From contig JBAYXX010000003.1 of the NCBI GenBank assembly GCA_041673345.1, forward strand, positions 23,604 to 87,603: a stretch of DNA of 64,000 nt, given 5' to 3'. Below, piece after piece: positions 20,198-29,961 of the stretch (positions within the stretch are counted from its first letter, which is position 1; each line of letters begins with the position of its first letter). The notes under the pieces were generated by a model. It was not told the DNA's origin, made no database searches, and worked only from the letters and a program-made list of their open reading frames with translations. The translations under genes were made by a program, and so were the position numbers. The DNA comes from Kiritimatiellia bacterium. GTDB taxonomy: Bacteria > Verrucomicrobiota > Kiritimatiellia > RFP12 > UBA1067.

Positions 20198-20700
20198 CGA
20201 TGCTGGCCGACGATGACGGTGGACGATTGGGATCATGCGGGGGCTCGTCCACCAGCATCGTCGCCGTTATCTAAACCGGAGGCGCGGCTGACCAGAGTGC
20301 GTAATCTGATCATTCGCAAACCACCTTAGTCACCCGTATAGCGAAAGATTTCCTTATCTCACACCTTGTCTCACACCTTGTCTCACACCTTGTCAAGTCA
20401 GACTAAGTGCGAGACAAAATTCGCGACAAAGCTGGCCTATTGCCCAGGGTCGGGGTCGGGGTCGGGGTCGGTATCGGTATCGAAGGGTGCATAGAATCGA
20501 CCCCGATGCCGATTCCGACCCCGACTCCGAGTTGCGGGGCACCACATATTGACTGCGGAACCGACCTCTTGTAGGTCCGGTTTTCAACCGGACATGTCCG
20601 ATTGGAAATCGGACCTACGTCTGTCGTAAAGCACTATAGCCGCGGGCCGTGGCCGCGGTTGGCGCGTATACACGCTCCGAATAATGAATGCGGTCATGAC
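20198..20700. repeat. Composite repeat cluster (modules B/C, G, (GGGGTC)n/(GGTATC)n palindrome, A, H)
   Basis: 20350-20420 is an inverted copy of 16258-16325. 20440-20535 is a long imperfect palindrome of hexamer repeats. 20571-20619 is a module A double hairpin. 20628-20670 is a CCGCGG-rich palindrome also at 17905-17945 and 43960-44000. Confidence 0.8.
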
Positions 20701-20739
20701 AGACGCACTCTCCGACAAAGTTTACGACAAAGAGAAATA

Positions 20740-21255
20740 ACACATGATTTTACGATTTGCCATGCAGAGGTGGAGGAGATCTACAATGCCGCCGACCCAG
20801 TTGACACAGTTGTGCGCAATGCGCATGCGAAGTACGAGGCTTGTCGCCAGCTCCATCCCGGGGCGGCCATTATCACAGCCGATACTCTGGTCTGGTTTGA
20901 GGGGCGGCTGATTGGCAAACCCAGGGATCTCCTGGAGGCAGCGGAGTTTCTGCGCGCGTTTTCAGGAAACACACAGATTGTTTTCAGCGGAGTGGTATTG
21001 GGGATGCCCGGAGAGCGATCACCTGTAATCAGGGTTGAAGCTTCATCAGTTGAGTTTAAGGAGCTGACCGAAGAGGTGATTCAGGGCTATCTGCGGCGAA
21101 CCATGCCACTGGACCGCGCCGGTGCTTATGACATCGATGAAAACAGCGAACTACTGATCGCAGGGCATTGTGGCTCATACACCAATATCATGGGGCTGCC
21201 GGAGGAGATTCTCCGCGACTGGCTGAGAGCGCAACGGCTGATTGCCTTTTCTTAG
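20740..21255 (+). pseudogene. maf: Maf-like nucleoside triphosphate pyrophosphatase, 5'-truncated (N-terminal ~40 aa incl. substrate-binding S-P-R-R motif missing; repeat element occupies the 5' end)
   Basis: ITADTLVWFEGRLIGKP, FSGVVLG, LDRAGAYDIDENSELLIAGHCGSYTNIMGLP match Maf. The open frame upstream of about 20740 is translated repeat sequence with no Met. Confidence 0.5.
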
Positions 21256-22506
21256 GTATTTGTTGTTTAACAACCCCGTTTGTCACGCTCTGGCCAATGA
21301 TCAGCAGCGGCGTAGTCGGCTGCATCAATTGTGTCATCAAAATTCAGATCGCCAAACATGCGCAAGCTGAAGATTGTATAGATATTGGTTCTGGCATAGG
21401 TTTCGTTGTCTTCGCTCCAGCCCCAGATAATTTTGTCGCCGCAAACATTAGGTGCTGGCACCAACGCCCTCAACATAGACGGCCTTGCCGCGGCCAACAG
21501 AGGTGCATGGTGTGGTTTTGGCAGCGTCACCCCATGTCCTTAGACTTCCAGAACACGAAATTTGCGTGGCTGTGGTTGACGCACTCGGATTATGCGATGG
21601 GCAGCGGAGGCGAGGATACCCCGAAAGAGAGCATGGCATAGCGGAACTCAACGTCGCCAGTACAGCAAAGCTCAGCCCTATACAGCGCAACATCATTGAC
21701 GCGTTCAAACTGACCCTGCCGACATAGTTGCACATCTTCGGGAATTCAGGAGATTATGTTGGACGTCCCGATAACCAGAACACACCTTCCGTCTGGTATT
21801 ACGGACAGATTTCAGACGCTTATGATGACACGAACGGACTTGGGGCTATTTGTACTTGGAATGGCCGTCCTGTACGCATGTCAAAGATGACCAACTTTCT
21901 TGTCGCGTATTCAGTTCCCAAAGATACCAGAATAGTGAAGATTGTCCTAACTTCCACTCATCCGCTAACGGCTCGAAACATAATGTGGGTTGACTGGAAT
22001 CCTAAATAATACAGCTAACAAGATAAATTCAGCGCATGCGGTAAACCGCAACACTAATTTCAGATTTAGCATAAAAAATATACTTGTGAGCAATCATAGG
22101 TATGATACCATTAACATATGAATACAAAAGAAATACAAAAGAAATAAACTTGGATGAAGGGAAAGGTATTCCTAATGATCAAGTCAAGAAGGATTTTGAA
22201 GCATGGTTTGCCCAATAATCTGGTCTCCTACGACACGCTTTGATCTGTGGGATGTTATGTCCTGTATATCCGAGTTTGATCAAGATACTGCACAAGTGTC
22301 CGCATTTGGTCAACCAGAAAAGTGAAAAACGATTTATAGGCACAGCGGTAACGTCCCCCGAAAGAGGATTTCTGCGCTGACAAGCAACAAACGTAAAGGT
22401 TACAATGTAATGGTTGTTTTCTAAAGAGAGAAGGCGGCTCTCATTCCCTTTGGTGTAATCCACAAACAGGGTCCGGTGAGTGCCACGTAAAAATAACAAA
22501 TAAATC

Positions 22507-23643
22507 ATGAATACTAATTTTTCACGCTCACCACTGTTAACGCTTGCTCTGGCTGCAATTGTTATTTTACTGGTCATTCAGTTGAAGCAGCAGCGCGACC
22601 AGCCCTCGCCGGAAATGGGTGTCTCTGCGATCAGCGGTAGCACAGATTCGGGCACATACCCTGTCCTGCCCGAGGCATTGCCTGCTCTGACGGCCCCTGA
22701 GATATACCGTAAGGTCTCACCCTCGGTTGTCTCGGTGGTCAACAGCGGGCTGGTGCGGCGTGGGTTTTTCTCGATCCAGCTCTATGAGGTTGAGCAGGGA
22801 TCAGGCTCTGGTTTTGTCTGGGATAAAAAAGGACATATTGTCAGCAACTACCATGTGGTTCACAATGCCAGCCGCATCAACGTGACATTCCCTGACGGCA
22901 CTGGATATGCAGCCGAGGTCGCAGGCGTGGCCCCGGATTATGACCTGGCAGTGCTTAAAATCAATGCCCCAGCGGAGTTGCTTCACCCGGTCGAAGTCTT
23001 TTCGTCAAAAGACCTGGAAGTCGGGCGCAACGTTTACGCAATTGGCAACCCCTTCGGACTGGACACCACACTCTCCGCTGGCATTGTCAGCGCGCTGGGT
23101 CGCACCATCACCTCCATGACCGACCGCAAAATCTACAATGTCATCCAGACTGACGCGGCGATCAACCCAGGTAACTCCGGCGGGCCGCTGCTGAACTGCA
23201 GCGGCGAGATCATCGGAGTCAACACAGCGATTCTCAGTCCCAGCGGGGCCTATGCCGGGATTGGGTTTGCGGTGCCCTCCGACACAGTTTCACGCATTGT
23301 ACCGCAGCTGATCAAAAAAGGGCGGGTGACCCGCGCCGGGCTGGGCTTGCGCCTCCTGCCCGACCATGTGACCGGCCGCTCAAAGATCGATGGAGTGGCC
23401 ATCTACGCGGTTTTTGACCAAACCCCAGCCGCGGCGGCGGGGCTGCAAGGGCTGCGCGTCAGCCCCACCAACAAGCTGCTCTTTGGCGATATTATCATTG
23501 CTGTCAATAACATCCCGGTCACAACAATTGAAGAGCTGCAGGCCATTCTCGACCCCCTCAACCCGGGCGACAACGTGACCCTCTCTGTGACAAGCAGCAA
23601 CGTCGTCAGGCAGGTTAAAATCTCCCTGGTGGAGGAGCCTTAG
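22507..23643 (+). CDS. HtrA/DegP-family periplasmic serine protease (S1C) with PDZ domain
   Basis: Catalytic H (SNYHVV), D (DLAVLKI), S (GNSGGPLL). C-terminal PDZ-like region. N-terminal signal/anchor. Confidence 0.85.
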   Translation: MNTNFSRSPLLTLALAAIVILLVIQLKQQRDQPSPEMGVSAISGSTDSGTYPVLPEALPALTAPEIYRKVSPSVVSVVNSGLVRRGFFSIQLYEVEQGSGSGFVWDKKGHIVSNYHVVHNASRINVTFPDGTGYAAEVAGVAPDYDLAVLKINAPAELLHPVEVFSSKDLEVGRNVYAIGNPFGLDTTLSAGIVSALGRTITSMTDRKIYNVIQTDAAINPGNSGGPLLNCSGEIIGVNTAILSPSGAYAGIGFAVPSDTVSRIVPQLIKKGRVTRAGLGLRLLPDHVTGRSKIDGVAIYAVFDQTPAAAAGLQGLRVSPTNKLLFGDIIIAVNNIPVTTIEELQAILDPLNPGDNVTLSVTSSNVVRQVKISLVEEP

Positions 23644-23718
23644 CCCCCTCTCTGAAAAATCTTAAAATACGATCTATTTCTGCTTGATGTAAATAATCGC
23701 ACCTGCTAACTTTAGCGC

Positions 23719-24222
23719 ATGACAGAGAAGAAAAAATATCTTATCCGGCCTGCACGCCTGGACGATGCCATGGCGATCTTTGATTTGATTCAAAGCTATC
23801 ACGATGATCTGATTCCACGCCCCATGGGAGAGATAATCAGCAATATCGACCGCTTTATTGTATGTGAGTCAGAGGGCGTTGTAGCAGGCTGTGCTGCCTG
23901 GAAGATCATCCCAGAGATCGGCAACCCGTCCAAGGCCTCGGTTGAAGTACAATCGGTCGCGGTCAACGAAGAGTTCCGACGCCGTGGTATTGGGTCGAAA
24001 CTGGTCAGAAATATCATTGAAAATGTACGGCGTTTTGATCCCTTTCAAGCTATTGTATTGACCTTTGCTCCGCAGTTTTTCAGTGCACTGGGTTTTGTTG
24101 AGGTGCCCAAAACCAGTGTCATGCATAAACTTTATATGGGGTGCATAAACTGCACCAAACACGCCAACCCCTTCACTTGCCCGGAGATCGCGATGGTTTA
24201 TGATCTGCGGGCGCGGCATTAA
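23719..24222 (+). CDS. GNAT-family N-acetyltransferase
   Basis: Acetyl-CoA binding motif QSVAVNEEFRRRGIGSKLV. Confidence 0.75.
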   Translation: MTEKKKYLIRPARLDDAMAIFDLIQSYHDDLIPRPMGEIISNIDRFIVCESEGVVAGCAAWKIIPEIGNPSKASVEVQSVAVNEEFRRRGIGSKLVRNIIENVRRFDPFQAIVLTFAPQFFSALGFVEVPKTSVMHKLYMGCINCTKHANPFTCPEIAMVYDLRARH

Positions 24223-24326
24223 ACATTCCGCCCTTTAAAAAATCGTCGATCAGCATCGTCGCCGCTATCGTAAACCGCCCTCTAAAACCTAAACTCCAAA
24301 ATCTAAACTCCGCGCCCAGCGCGGAT

Positions 24327-24797
24327 CTAGCCCCTTACCAAAGGGCTTAAGGGATCGCTCCACGCCGTTGCGTTCAAGTCGTGGCAACGGGATTGCGGCT
24401 CTTTGCTCTGCGTCGCCTCAAGCTTTTGCTTGCGAAAGCGGCCATGTCCCTTGTCCTCACCCGTTTTTTTAATCGGCATGACAAGGAAAAAGAGGGCGAT
24501 CAAGATCCCAATCAGAGCTAACACGAACATCAGCCAAGAGCTGTCGCGCGCAACGGCACTTCGAATAAATGCAAAATTGAGTACAAGATGGATGACTACC
24601 AAGGCCAACAAAAGATAGGCCGCCCAGAGATGAGCAGTGCCCCACTCGTGTCGCGAAAAGTTCAGAAGTGTCAGGCCATGGCCCCCTTTGCTGCCGGGAA
24701 CCAGTCGATGTTTGATCAGTAGCCCTGTGCCTGCAAGAAAGCACATCGTCACATACATTAAGATATCCGTCAGCACTCGAATGGTTTTTTTGTTCAT
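24327..24797 (-). CDS. DUF4405-like integral membrane protein
   Basis: Four TM helices. HRLVPG..GHGLTLL..RHEWGTAHLW pattern. Confidence 0.5.
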   Translation of the reverse strand: MNKKTIRVLTDILMYVTMCFLAGTGLLIKHRLVPGSKGGHGLTLLNFSRHEWGTAHLWAAYLLLALVVIHLVLNFAFIRSAVARDSSWLMFVLALIGILIALFFLVMPIKKTGEDKGHGRFRKQKLEATQSKEPQSRCHDLNATAWSDPLSPLVRG

Positions 24798-24818
24798 TGT
24801 TACCCTTTCAATTTCAAT

Positions 24819-25529
24819 CTAAAGCAGCTTTACGCCGCGGCCTGATTGCCGGGCAAATTTTGGGTTGTTGCCGGCAATCACCAGCACAACCTCACCTTTG
24901 GTTTTGCCGCTCGCAAAAAGAGGGATCAGTTCAGAGATAAAACCACGCTCAACCCGCTCATGGACTTTGGTCAGCTCCAGACAAACCGCCGCCTCGCGGT
25001 CGCCCATGTTCTCCAGTGCGGCCTGCAGTGATTTCGCAATTCGGAAGGGGCTCTCAAAGCAGATCAGGGTGTGGGGTAAAGCGGCCTCCTCTGCAAAGAA
25101 CCGGGCGAGCGCGCCGGGTTTGCGGGGCGGAAACCCCTTGAAGGTGAAACTGGAGGTGGAGAGACCGGAGGCGAGTAGCGCCGGCGTGACCGCCGATGCT
25201 CCAGGAATAATATCAAAGGGTATATTCTCCTGTACCGCCAGTCGTATCAGACGATAGCCGGGATCGCTGATCCCCGGGTAACCGCCATCAGAGCAGAGCG
25301 CCACCATGCGCCCACCGCGCACAGCTTGAATAATCCGCGCGCCAGCCCGCTCTTCATTGCCCTGACGGTAGGAGAGCATCTCCGGACGCGGGATATTAAA
25401 GGCGCTCAGCAGTGCCCAGGTACGGCGAGTGTCCTCACACGCAATCATATCAGCGGTCTTCAGGGTTTCCAGCGCGCGGGGGCTCAGGTCCTGGAGGTTG
25501 CCGATGGGAGTTGCCACAATGTGCAGCAT
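24819..25529 (-). CDS. rsmI: 16S rRNA (cytidine1402-2'-O)-methyltransferase
   Basis: LHIVATPIGNLQDLSPRALETLK...CEDTRRT...GYPGISDPG are RsmI/tetrapyrrole-methylase-fold motifs. Confidence 0.85.
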   Translation of the reverse strand: MLHIVATPIGNLQDLSPRALETLKTADMIACEDTRRTWALLSAFNIPRPEMLSYRQGNEERAGARIIQAVRGGRMVALCSDGGYPGISDPGYRLIRLAVQENIPFDIIPGASAVTPALLASGLSTSSFTFKGFPPRKPGALARFFAEEAALPHTLICFESPFRIAKSLQAALENMGDREAAVCLELTKVHERVERGFISELIPLFASGKTKGEVVLVIAGNNPKFARQSGRGVKLL

Positions 25530-26620
25530 TTGTGAAGCTCCTGAATGATACTTTGTTTAAGAGTTTCAAGTCCATAGCCGCTCTTGGCCGAAATTGGTAT
25601 GGCTTGCGGATACTGTTCGGTGACATGCAGCACCGCGCTATCAGAGCTGCCTTTATCGCATTTGTTGAGAATCAGCAGCGAGGGAACCTCTTTCGCGCCG
25701 ATCTCCTGGATAGTTTCGTAACAGACCTTCAGGTGGTCGTGGACATGCGGATAGGAGGCATCAACCACAATCAGCAGCAGGTCGGCCTGCACCGCGACAT
25801 CCAGGGTAGATTTGAAGGAGGCAATCAGGGTGTGCGGGAGATTGCGGATGAAACCCACAGTGTCGGTGAGCAGCACCTGCTTGTTCTGTTGGAGCCAGAC
25901 CAGCCGGGTCTTGGTGTCGAGTGTGGCAAAAAGCCGGTCATCCACATAGGCCTCAGAGCGTGGGGCAAGCGCATTGAGGAGCGTGGACTTTCCAGCGTTG
26001 GTGTATCCCACTAGTGAGACAACTGGCCACTGGCGCTTCACGCTGGCCTCGACCGCACTGCGCTTGTGGATCTCGGCTAGCTTTTTTTTGAGTTCAGTGA
26101 CGCGTTTACGCATAGGGGCATTGCGCAATTGCAGGCGGCTTTCGCCCGGTCCTTTCATACCAATGCCGCCTTTGAAACGCTGTTGGGCGGCAGTTACAGG
26201 AATTCGTGAGAGAAGAAATTGCAGCTGGGCCAGCTCCACCTGGGTCTGCGCCTCCGCAGAGCGGGCGCGGCGGGCAAAGATCTGCAGGATCAACTCCGTG
26301 CGATCCATCACGCGCGCCTCCAGTGCTTTGGTCAGATTGAACTGTTGGAAAGCACTCAGGGGATTATCAAAAACAACAGTATTGGCCTCTTTTTCGCGGA
26401 GCAGGTTTTTGAGATCCTCCACCTTGCCTTTACCAAAGAGGGTTCCACCATCAGGTTTGGGGCGGTTTTGGGTGATCTGATCGCAAATCAGGACACCCGC
26501 AGTATCTGCCAAACGGCTTAGCTCCAACAGGGAGTCGGCAGCCTCAAATGGATTCATTCTGGAATGGACCAATTGAGCCAGAACCGCCCTTTCAACCTCT
26601 TTTGTCGCATGCATACTCAT
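25484..26620 (-). CDS. hflX: GTPase HflX
   Basis: HflX N-domain (ELILQIFARRARSAEAQTQVELAQL). G-domain GYTNAGKSTLLN, DTVGF, NKCD. Longest ORF extends to 26692, but the alignable start is MSMHATKEV (26620). Overlaps rsmI by 46 bp. Confidence 0.85.
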   Translation of the reverse strand: MSMHATKEVERAVLAQLVHSRMNPFEAADSLLELSRLADTAGVLICDQITQNRPKPDGGTLFGKGKVEDLKNLLREKEANTVVFDNPLSAFQQFNLTKALEARVMDRTELILQIFARRARSAEAQTQVELAQLQFLLSRIPVTAAQQRFKGGIGMKGPGESRLQLRNAPMRKRVTELKKKLAEIHKRSAVEASVKRQWPVVSLVGYTNAGKSTLLNALAPRSEAYVDDRLFATLDTKTRLVWLQQNKQVLLTDTVGFIRNLPHTLIASFKSTLDVAVQADLLLIVVDASYPHVHDHLKVCYETIQEIGAKEVPSLLILNKCDKGSSDSAVLHVTEQYPQAIPISAKSGYGLETLKQSIIQELHKCCTLWQLPSATSRT

Positions 26621-26624
26621 GCGC

Positions 26625-27137
26625 TCACCACTGCGCCAGTACGGTGTCGACAATGCCTTGCGCCAGCTCGCGTGCAACCCGTGGCGATGCATTCTGCATG
26701 CCGGTCAACATATCGTCCTGAGTCAGAAATGAGGTCCTGGCCCACACGGGCATGTCATTAATCAGGATCTTGCCGGTGCTTCTTTCAACCAGCGAAATTT
26801 TAACCACCACTGTATGATGATACTCAGATGTGCGAGAGTTGTAGTTGCGGTTATAGCCGAGCGCGCCTGGATTGGCGCGGGTGACACACCCGATCAGCTT
26901 ATAGGCCGCACTTTCGGTGTTTTTGATTTTAAATGTTCCCTCACGCTGAAACTCGCGCAAGGTATATTGGGTCACAATCGCATCCAGTTCCGGGAAGTCG
27001 CTCTCGTTCTCAAAGACTGGCACCGCGATGGTTCTCAATTCAGTGGGGACTTTAGAGGTAAACCGGTAGGAAGCGCAGCCTGCCAGAATAAGCAGGGCTG
27101 AGAGGGTGAGGGTGATGCAATGGAATTGGTTGCGCAT
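26625..27137 (-). CDS. Lipoprotein, possibly LptE-like LPS-assembly lipoprotein
   Basis: Lipobox LAGC. Size (170 aa) and position next to bamD-like gene. Weak similarity only. Confidence 0.4.
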   Translation of the reverse strand: MRNQFHCITLTLSALLILAGCASYRFTSKVPTELRTIAVPVFENESDFPELDAIVTQYTLREFQREGTFKIKNTESAAYKLIGCVTRANPGALGYNRNYNSRTSEYHHTVVVKISLVERSTGKILINDMPVWARTSFLTQDDMLTGMQNASPRVARELAQGIVDTVLAQW

Positions 27138-27150
27138 AATTGGATCCTTG

Positions 27151-28179
27151 TTACTTGGGGTTGTCAGGTTGTTCCAGACTTAATTCATCCATCCGGTTCC
27201 GAACGGTTTCGCCGTGTTTTGAGTCTGAGAACTCAGCCAAAAAGCGGCGATAGGCGGAAACTTTAGCGGTGGTGTTATAACGTTTCGTGTCATAAAAGAG
27301 TGCTTTCTGGTAGTTCTGCTCAATCAGCAGATCAGTCAGCTCAAGCAGCCACTGTTTCAGATCCTTCTGATCGGGGTGGTTGGGCATCCGCAGTAGCGCG
27401 GCTTTCAGAAAGGCAATCGATTCACGGCAATAGTTTTCATTGTAGCCATATTTTATGGAGAGTGTGTAGCGGCATTTGGATGAAAGGTAAGCCGCTGTGA
27501 CAGCCTCTTTGGAGTTAGGAAAGCGGTTGAGAAGGCCGTCATAAACCTTGATTGCCTCCTCATAATCCTTGTCACCCTCGCGGATGCTGCCGACTTTCAA
27601 CATTGCTTCAGCCGCGACTGGCGAGCGCGGCGCATTGACAACAATCTGCTCAAAGCGCATGCGGATGTCCTTGGTGCCGCTGAGAACCCAGCCGAACATG
27701 CTGGTGTTGTTGTGTAGCAGATAGTTGGCGATGCGGAACTGGCGGTCGATAATCTCATCATAAGGACAGTTGCCCGCATAGTGCGTCAGAGCATATTGAT
27801 ATTCATCAAAAGCTTTGCCATACTGTTTGCGCTTCTCCTGCACATTGGCCAGCGCAAGTTGCGCCTGAGTTGCTTCGAGGGTTACTGGCCACTTGCGCAC
27901 CAGCGCTTCATAGCCCTTGCGGGCTGAATTCAACTTGCCATCGGCCTCACGCTGACGGCAGTAAGCCATCTGTTCAGAGGCAGTGTCCGCTGAGAGCCTA
28001 AACCAGATGGATCTTTCTTTTTGTTTAATCCGCCCATCTTCAAGTGATTCAAAGCCCTCAAACCCATCTGAGGCATAGCCGCGGTTGCCCATCCCCGGGC
28101 CTCCGTACTGTGCCAGCGCAGGGTGCAAAGCCACGCAGAATAAAAGGGTGCAAATAATAAAATAGATTTCTTGTCTCAT
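27151..28179 (-). CDS. bamD: Outer-membrane protein assembly factor BamD-like TPR lipoprotein
   Basis: Signal peptide. Tandem TPR-like helices. YfiO/BamD-like length and pattern. Confidence 0.6.
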   Translation of the reverse strand: MRQEIYFIICTLLFCVALHPALAQYGGPGMGNRGYASDGFEGFESLEDGRIKQKERSIWFRLSADTASEQMAYCRQREADGKLNSARKGYEALVRKWPVTLEATQAQLALANVQEKRKQYGKAFDEYQYALTHYAGNCPYDEIIDRQFRIANYLLHNNTSMFGWVLSGTKDIRMRFEQIVVNAPRSPVAAEAMLKVGSIREGDKDYEEAIKVYDGLLNRFPNSKEAVTAAYLSSKCRYTLSIKYGYNENYCRESIAFLKAALLRMPNHPDQKDLKQWLLELTDLLIEQNYQKALFYDTKRYNTTAKVSAYRRFLAEFSDSKHGETVRNRMDELSLEQPDNPK

Positions 28180-28386
28180 TGTTTCATAGCTCTCAGTGTA
28201 AGTTTATGGCCCTCTGGTATTCTATCGGGAGACTAAAAAAGCGTTTACAATAAGACTACGCTTGATTCCTCACCCAAAGAAAGATAAAGTATACACCAAA
28301 ACCGTTCATAACGAAAGAGTGTTCAACAACAAAATCAGAGTTGTAAAACACAAGTAGATTATCAGAGAATGAGGTGCGTTAAAAGT

Positions 28387-29961
28387 ATGAAAAAAATATT
28401 GATCCCAACTAAATTAGATTCCGTCGCCAGTGAACTTCTCTCAGCGGATGGTGGTTATCATGTTGTTCAGGATGGCAGTGTCCCCATTGCCGAGCTGGTG
28501 GCAGCTCATCCTGATGCGTATGGATTAATTGTCCGCAGCGAGAAGGTGACAGCCGACCTGATCGACGCGCTCCCCAACTTAAAGGTGATTGTGCGGGCCG
28601 GCTCAGGGTATGACACGATTGATATCAAACATGCCCGCAAGAATGGCGTGGATGTTATGAACACCCCCGGTGCAAATGCCAACGCGGTTGCCGAAGAGGT
28701 GGTGGCCATGATGCTGGCCGATGCCCGCCATATTGTGAAGGCAGATATCTCGACCCGTGCAGGCCAGTGGGAAAAGAAAAACTTTATGGGGCGCGAGCTG
28801 ACCGGCAAGACCATAGGCATCGTGGGCCTTGGTAATATCGGACGGCTCGTGGCCCGCCGGCTGCGCGGGTTTGATTGCAAAATTCTCGGTTACGACCCAC
28901 TGGTCAACTCTGAGCGGGTTCGGGAGTGGGGCATTGAGCCGGCCACTCTGGATGAAATCTTCACCGGATCAGATTACGTGACGCTGCATATTCCCGGCGG
29001 CGAGAACACCAAGGGGCTGGTGGGCGCCAAGCTGCTTGGTCTGATGAAGCCAGGTGCCACGATTGTGAACTGCGCCCGTTTCGGTATTGTCGATGAAGAG
29101 GCCCTGCGTGCCGTTAAAGCAGCCAAGAAGCTGCGTTATCTCAATGATGTCTATCCCAAGGATGAAGCTGGCCTCAAGAGCATGGCCGACATCGCTGATT
29201 TAATGCTGCCGCATCTGGGCGCCAGTACCTTTGAGGCCAACTTCACCGCAGCCCAGCGGGCGGCGCAGGAATTGATCGACTTGGATGCCAGGGGCGATAT
29301 GAGCTGTGTGATCAACCGCGATATCCCCGAGGGGCTGGAACGCGCCTACTGTGAACTGGCCTACAACCTGGCCCGCCTGATTCGTCAACTCTCAGGCGAG
29401 GGTTCGCCGATCAAATTGATTGAGACTAGTTTTTACGGAGATCTGGCGCCGTTCGCCAAATGGCTGATCGTCTCGATTCTCTCGGGCATCTGGATGGATT
29501 TTGACCGTTACAATGATTATAATGCCGCCATGAAATTCATGCGTAAGATGGGCATTGAGCTGCTCAACCGTGAAATCGATAATGACAAAGGATACGGCGA
29601 CTCCATGACACTGGATCTGACTGTTGAGCAGCCGCAGGGGTTGAAGCAGCATAGCATTCGCGGCACCATAACAGAGGGTGTCCAGATTGTCTCACGAATT
29701 GATGAGTTTGACCGCCTCTACTTTGAGCCGGGTGGCGCGACACTCTTCTGCCTCTACAACGACCGCCCTGGTGTGATTGCCTCCATCTCGCGCAAGCTGG
29801 CTGATGCGGGGATCAATATTGAGGATATGCGCAACCCGCATAATATCAGAAGCGAGCGCTCTCTGGCGATCATCCGGCTTTCCGCTCCGATCGGGGAGGA
29901 TCTACTCGCCGAGATCAAGGCGGAGATCGATGCCCACACCGCCATCTGCACGGTGGTGTAG
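28387..29961 (+). CDS. serA: D-3-phosphoglycerate dehydrogenase (long form with ASB and ACT domains)
   Basis: NAD-binding GIVGLGNIGRLVARR. Catalytic R/E/H region. C-terminal ACT (LFCLYNDRPGVIASISRKLADAGINIEDM). Confidence 0.85.
   Translation: MKKILIPTKLDSVASELLSADGGYHVVQDGSVPIAELVAAHPDAYGLIVRSEKVTADLIDALPNLKVIVRAGSGYDTIDIKHARKNGVDVMNTPGANANAVAEEVVAMMLADARHIVKADISTRAGQWEKKNFMGRELTGKTIGIVGLGNIGRLVARRLRGFDCKILGYDPLVNSERVREWGIEPATLDEIFTGSDYVTLHIPGGENTKGLVGAKLLGLMKPGATIVNCARFGIVDEEALRAVKAAKKLRYLNDVYPKDEAGLKSMADIADLMLPHLGASTFEANFTAAQRAAQELIDLDARGDMSCVINRDIPEGLERAYCELAYNLARLIRQLSGEGSPIKLIETSFYGDLAPFAKWLIVSILSGIWMDFDRYNDYNAAMKFMRKMGIELLNREIDNDKGYGDSMTLDLTVEQPQGLKQHSIRGTITEGVQIVSRIDEFDRLYFEPGGATLFCLYNDRPGVIASISRKLADAGINIEDMRNPHNIRSERSLAIIRLSAPIGEDLLAEIKAEIDAHTAICTVV

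Noticed and set aside
21168-22009. ORFs 21168..21641(+), 21448..21735(-), 21485..21727(+), 21728..22009(+)
   Set aside because: Mutually overlapping, no motifs. The region looks like decayed sequence. Only a dockerin-like GDLNFDDTIDAADYAA scrap (21267..21530 minus) was noted, and it is too short to call.
22179-22577. 132-aa minus-strand ORF with '..KLGYTGHNIPQIKACRRRPDYW..' suspected to be a transposase/nuclease piece
   Set aside because: No alignable conserved motif I could name. Left unannotated.
25412-26521. Plus-strand ORFs 25412..26014, 25974..26480, 26219..26521
   Set aside because: Antisense to the well-supported hflX gene.
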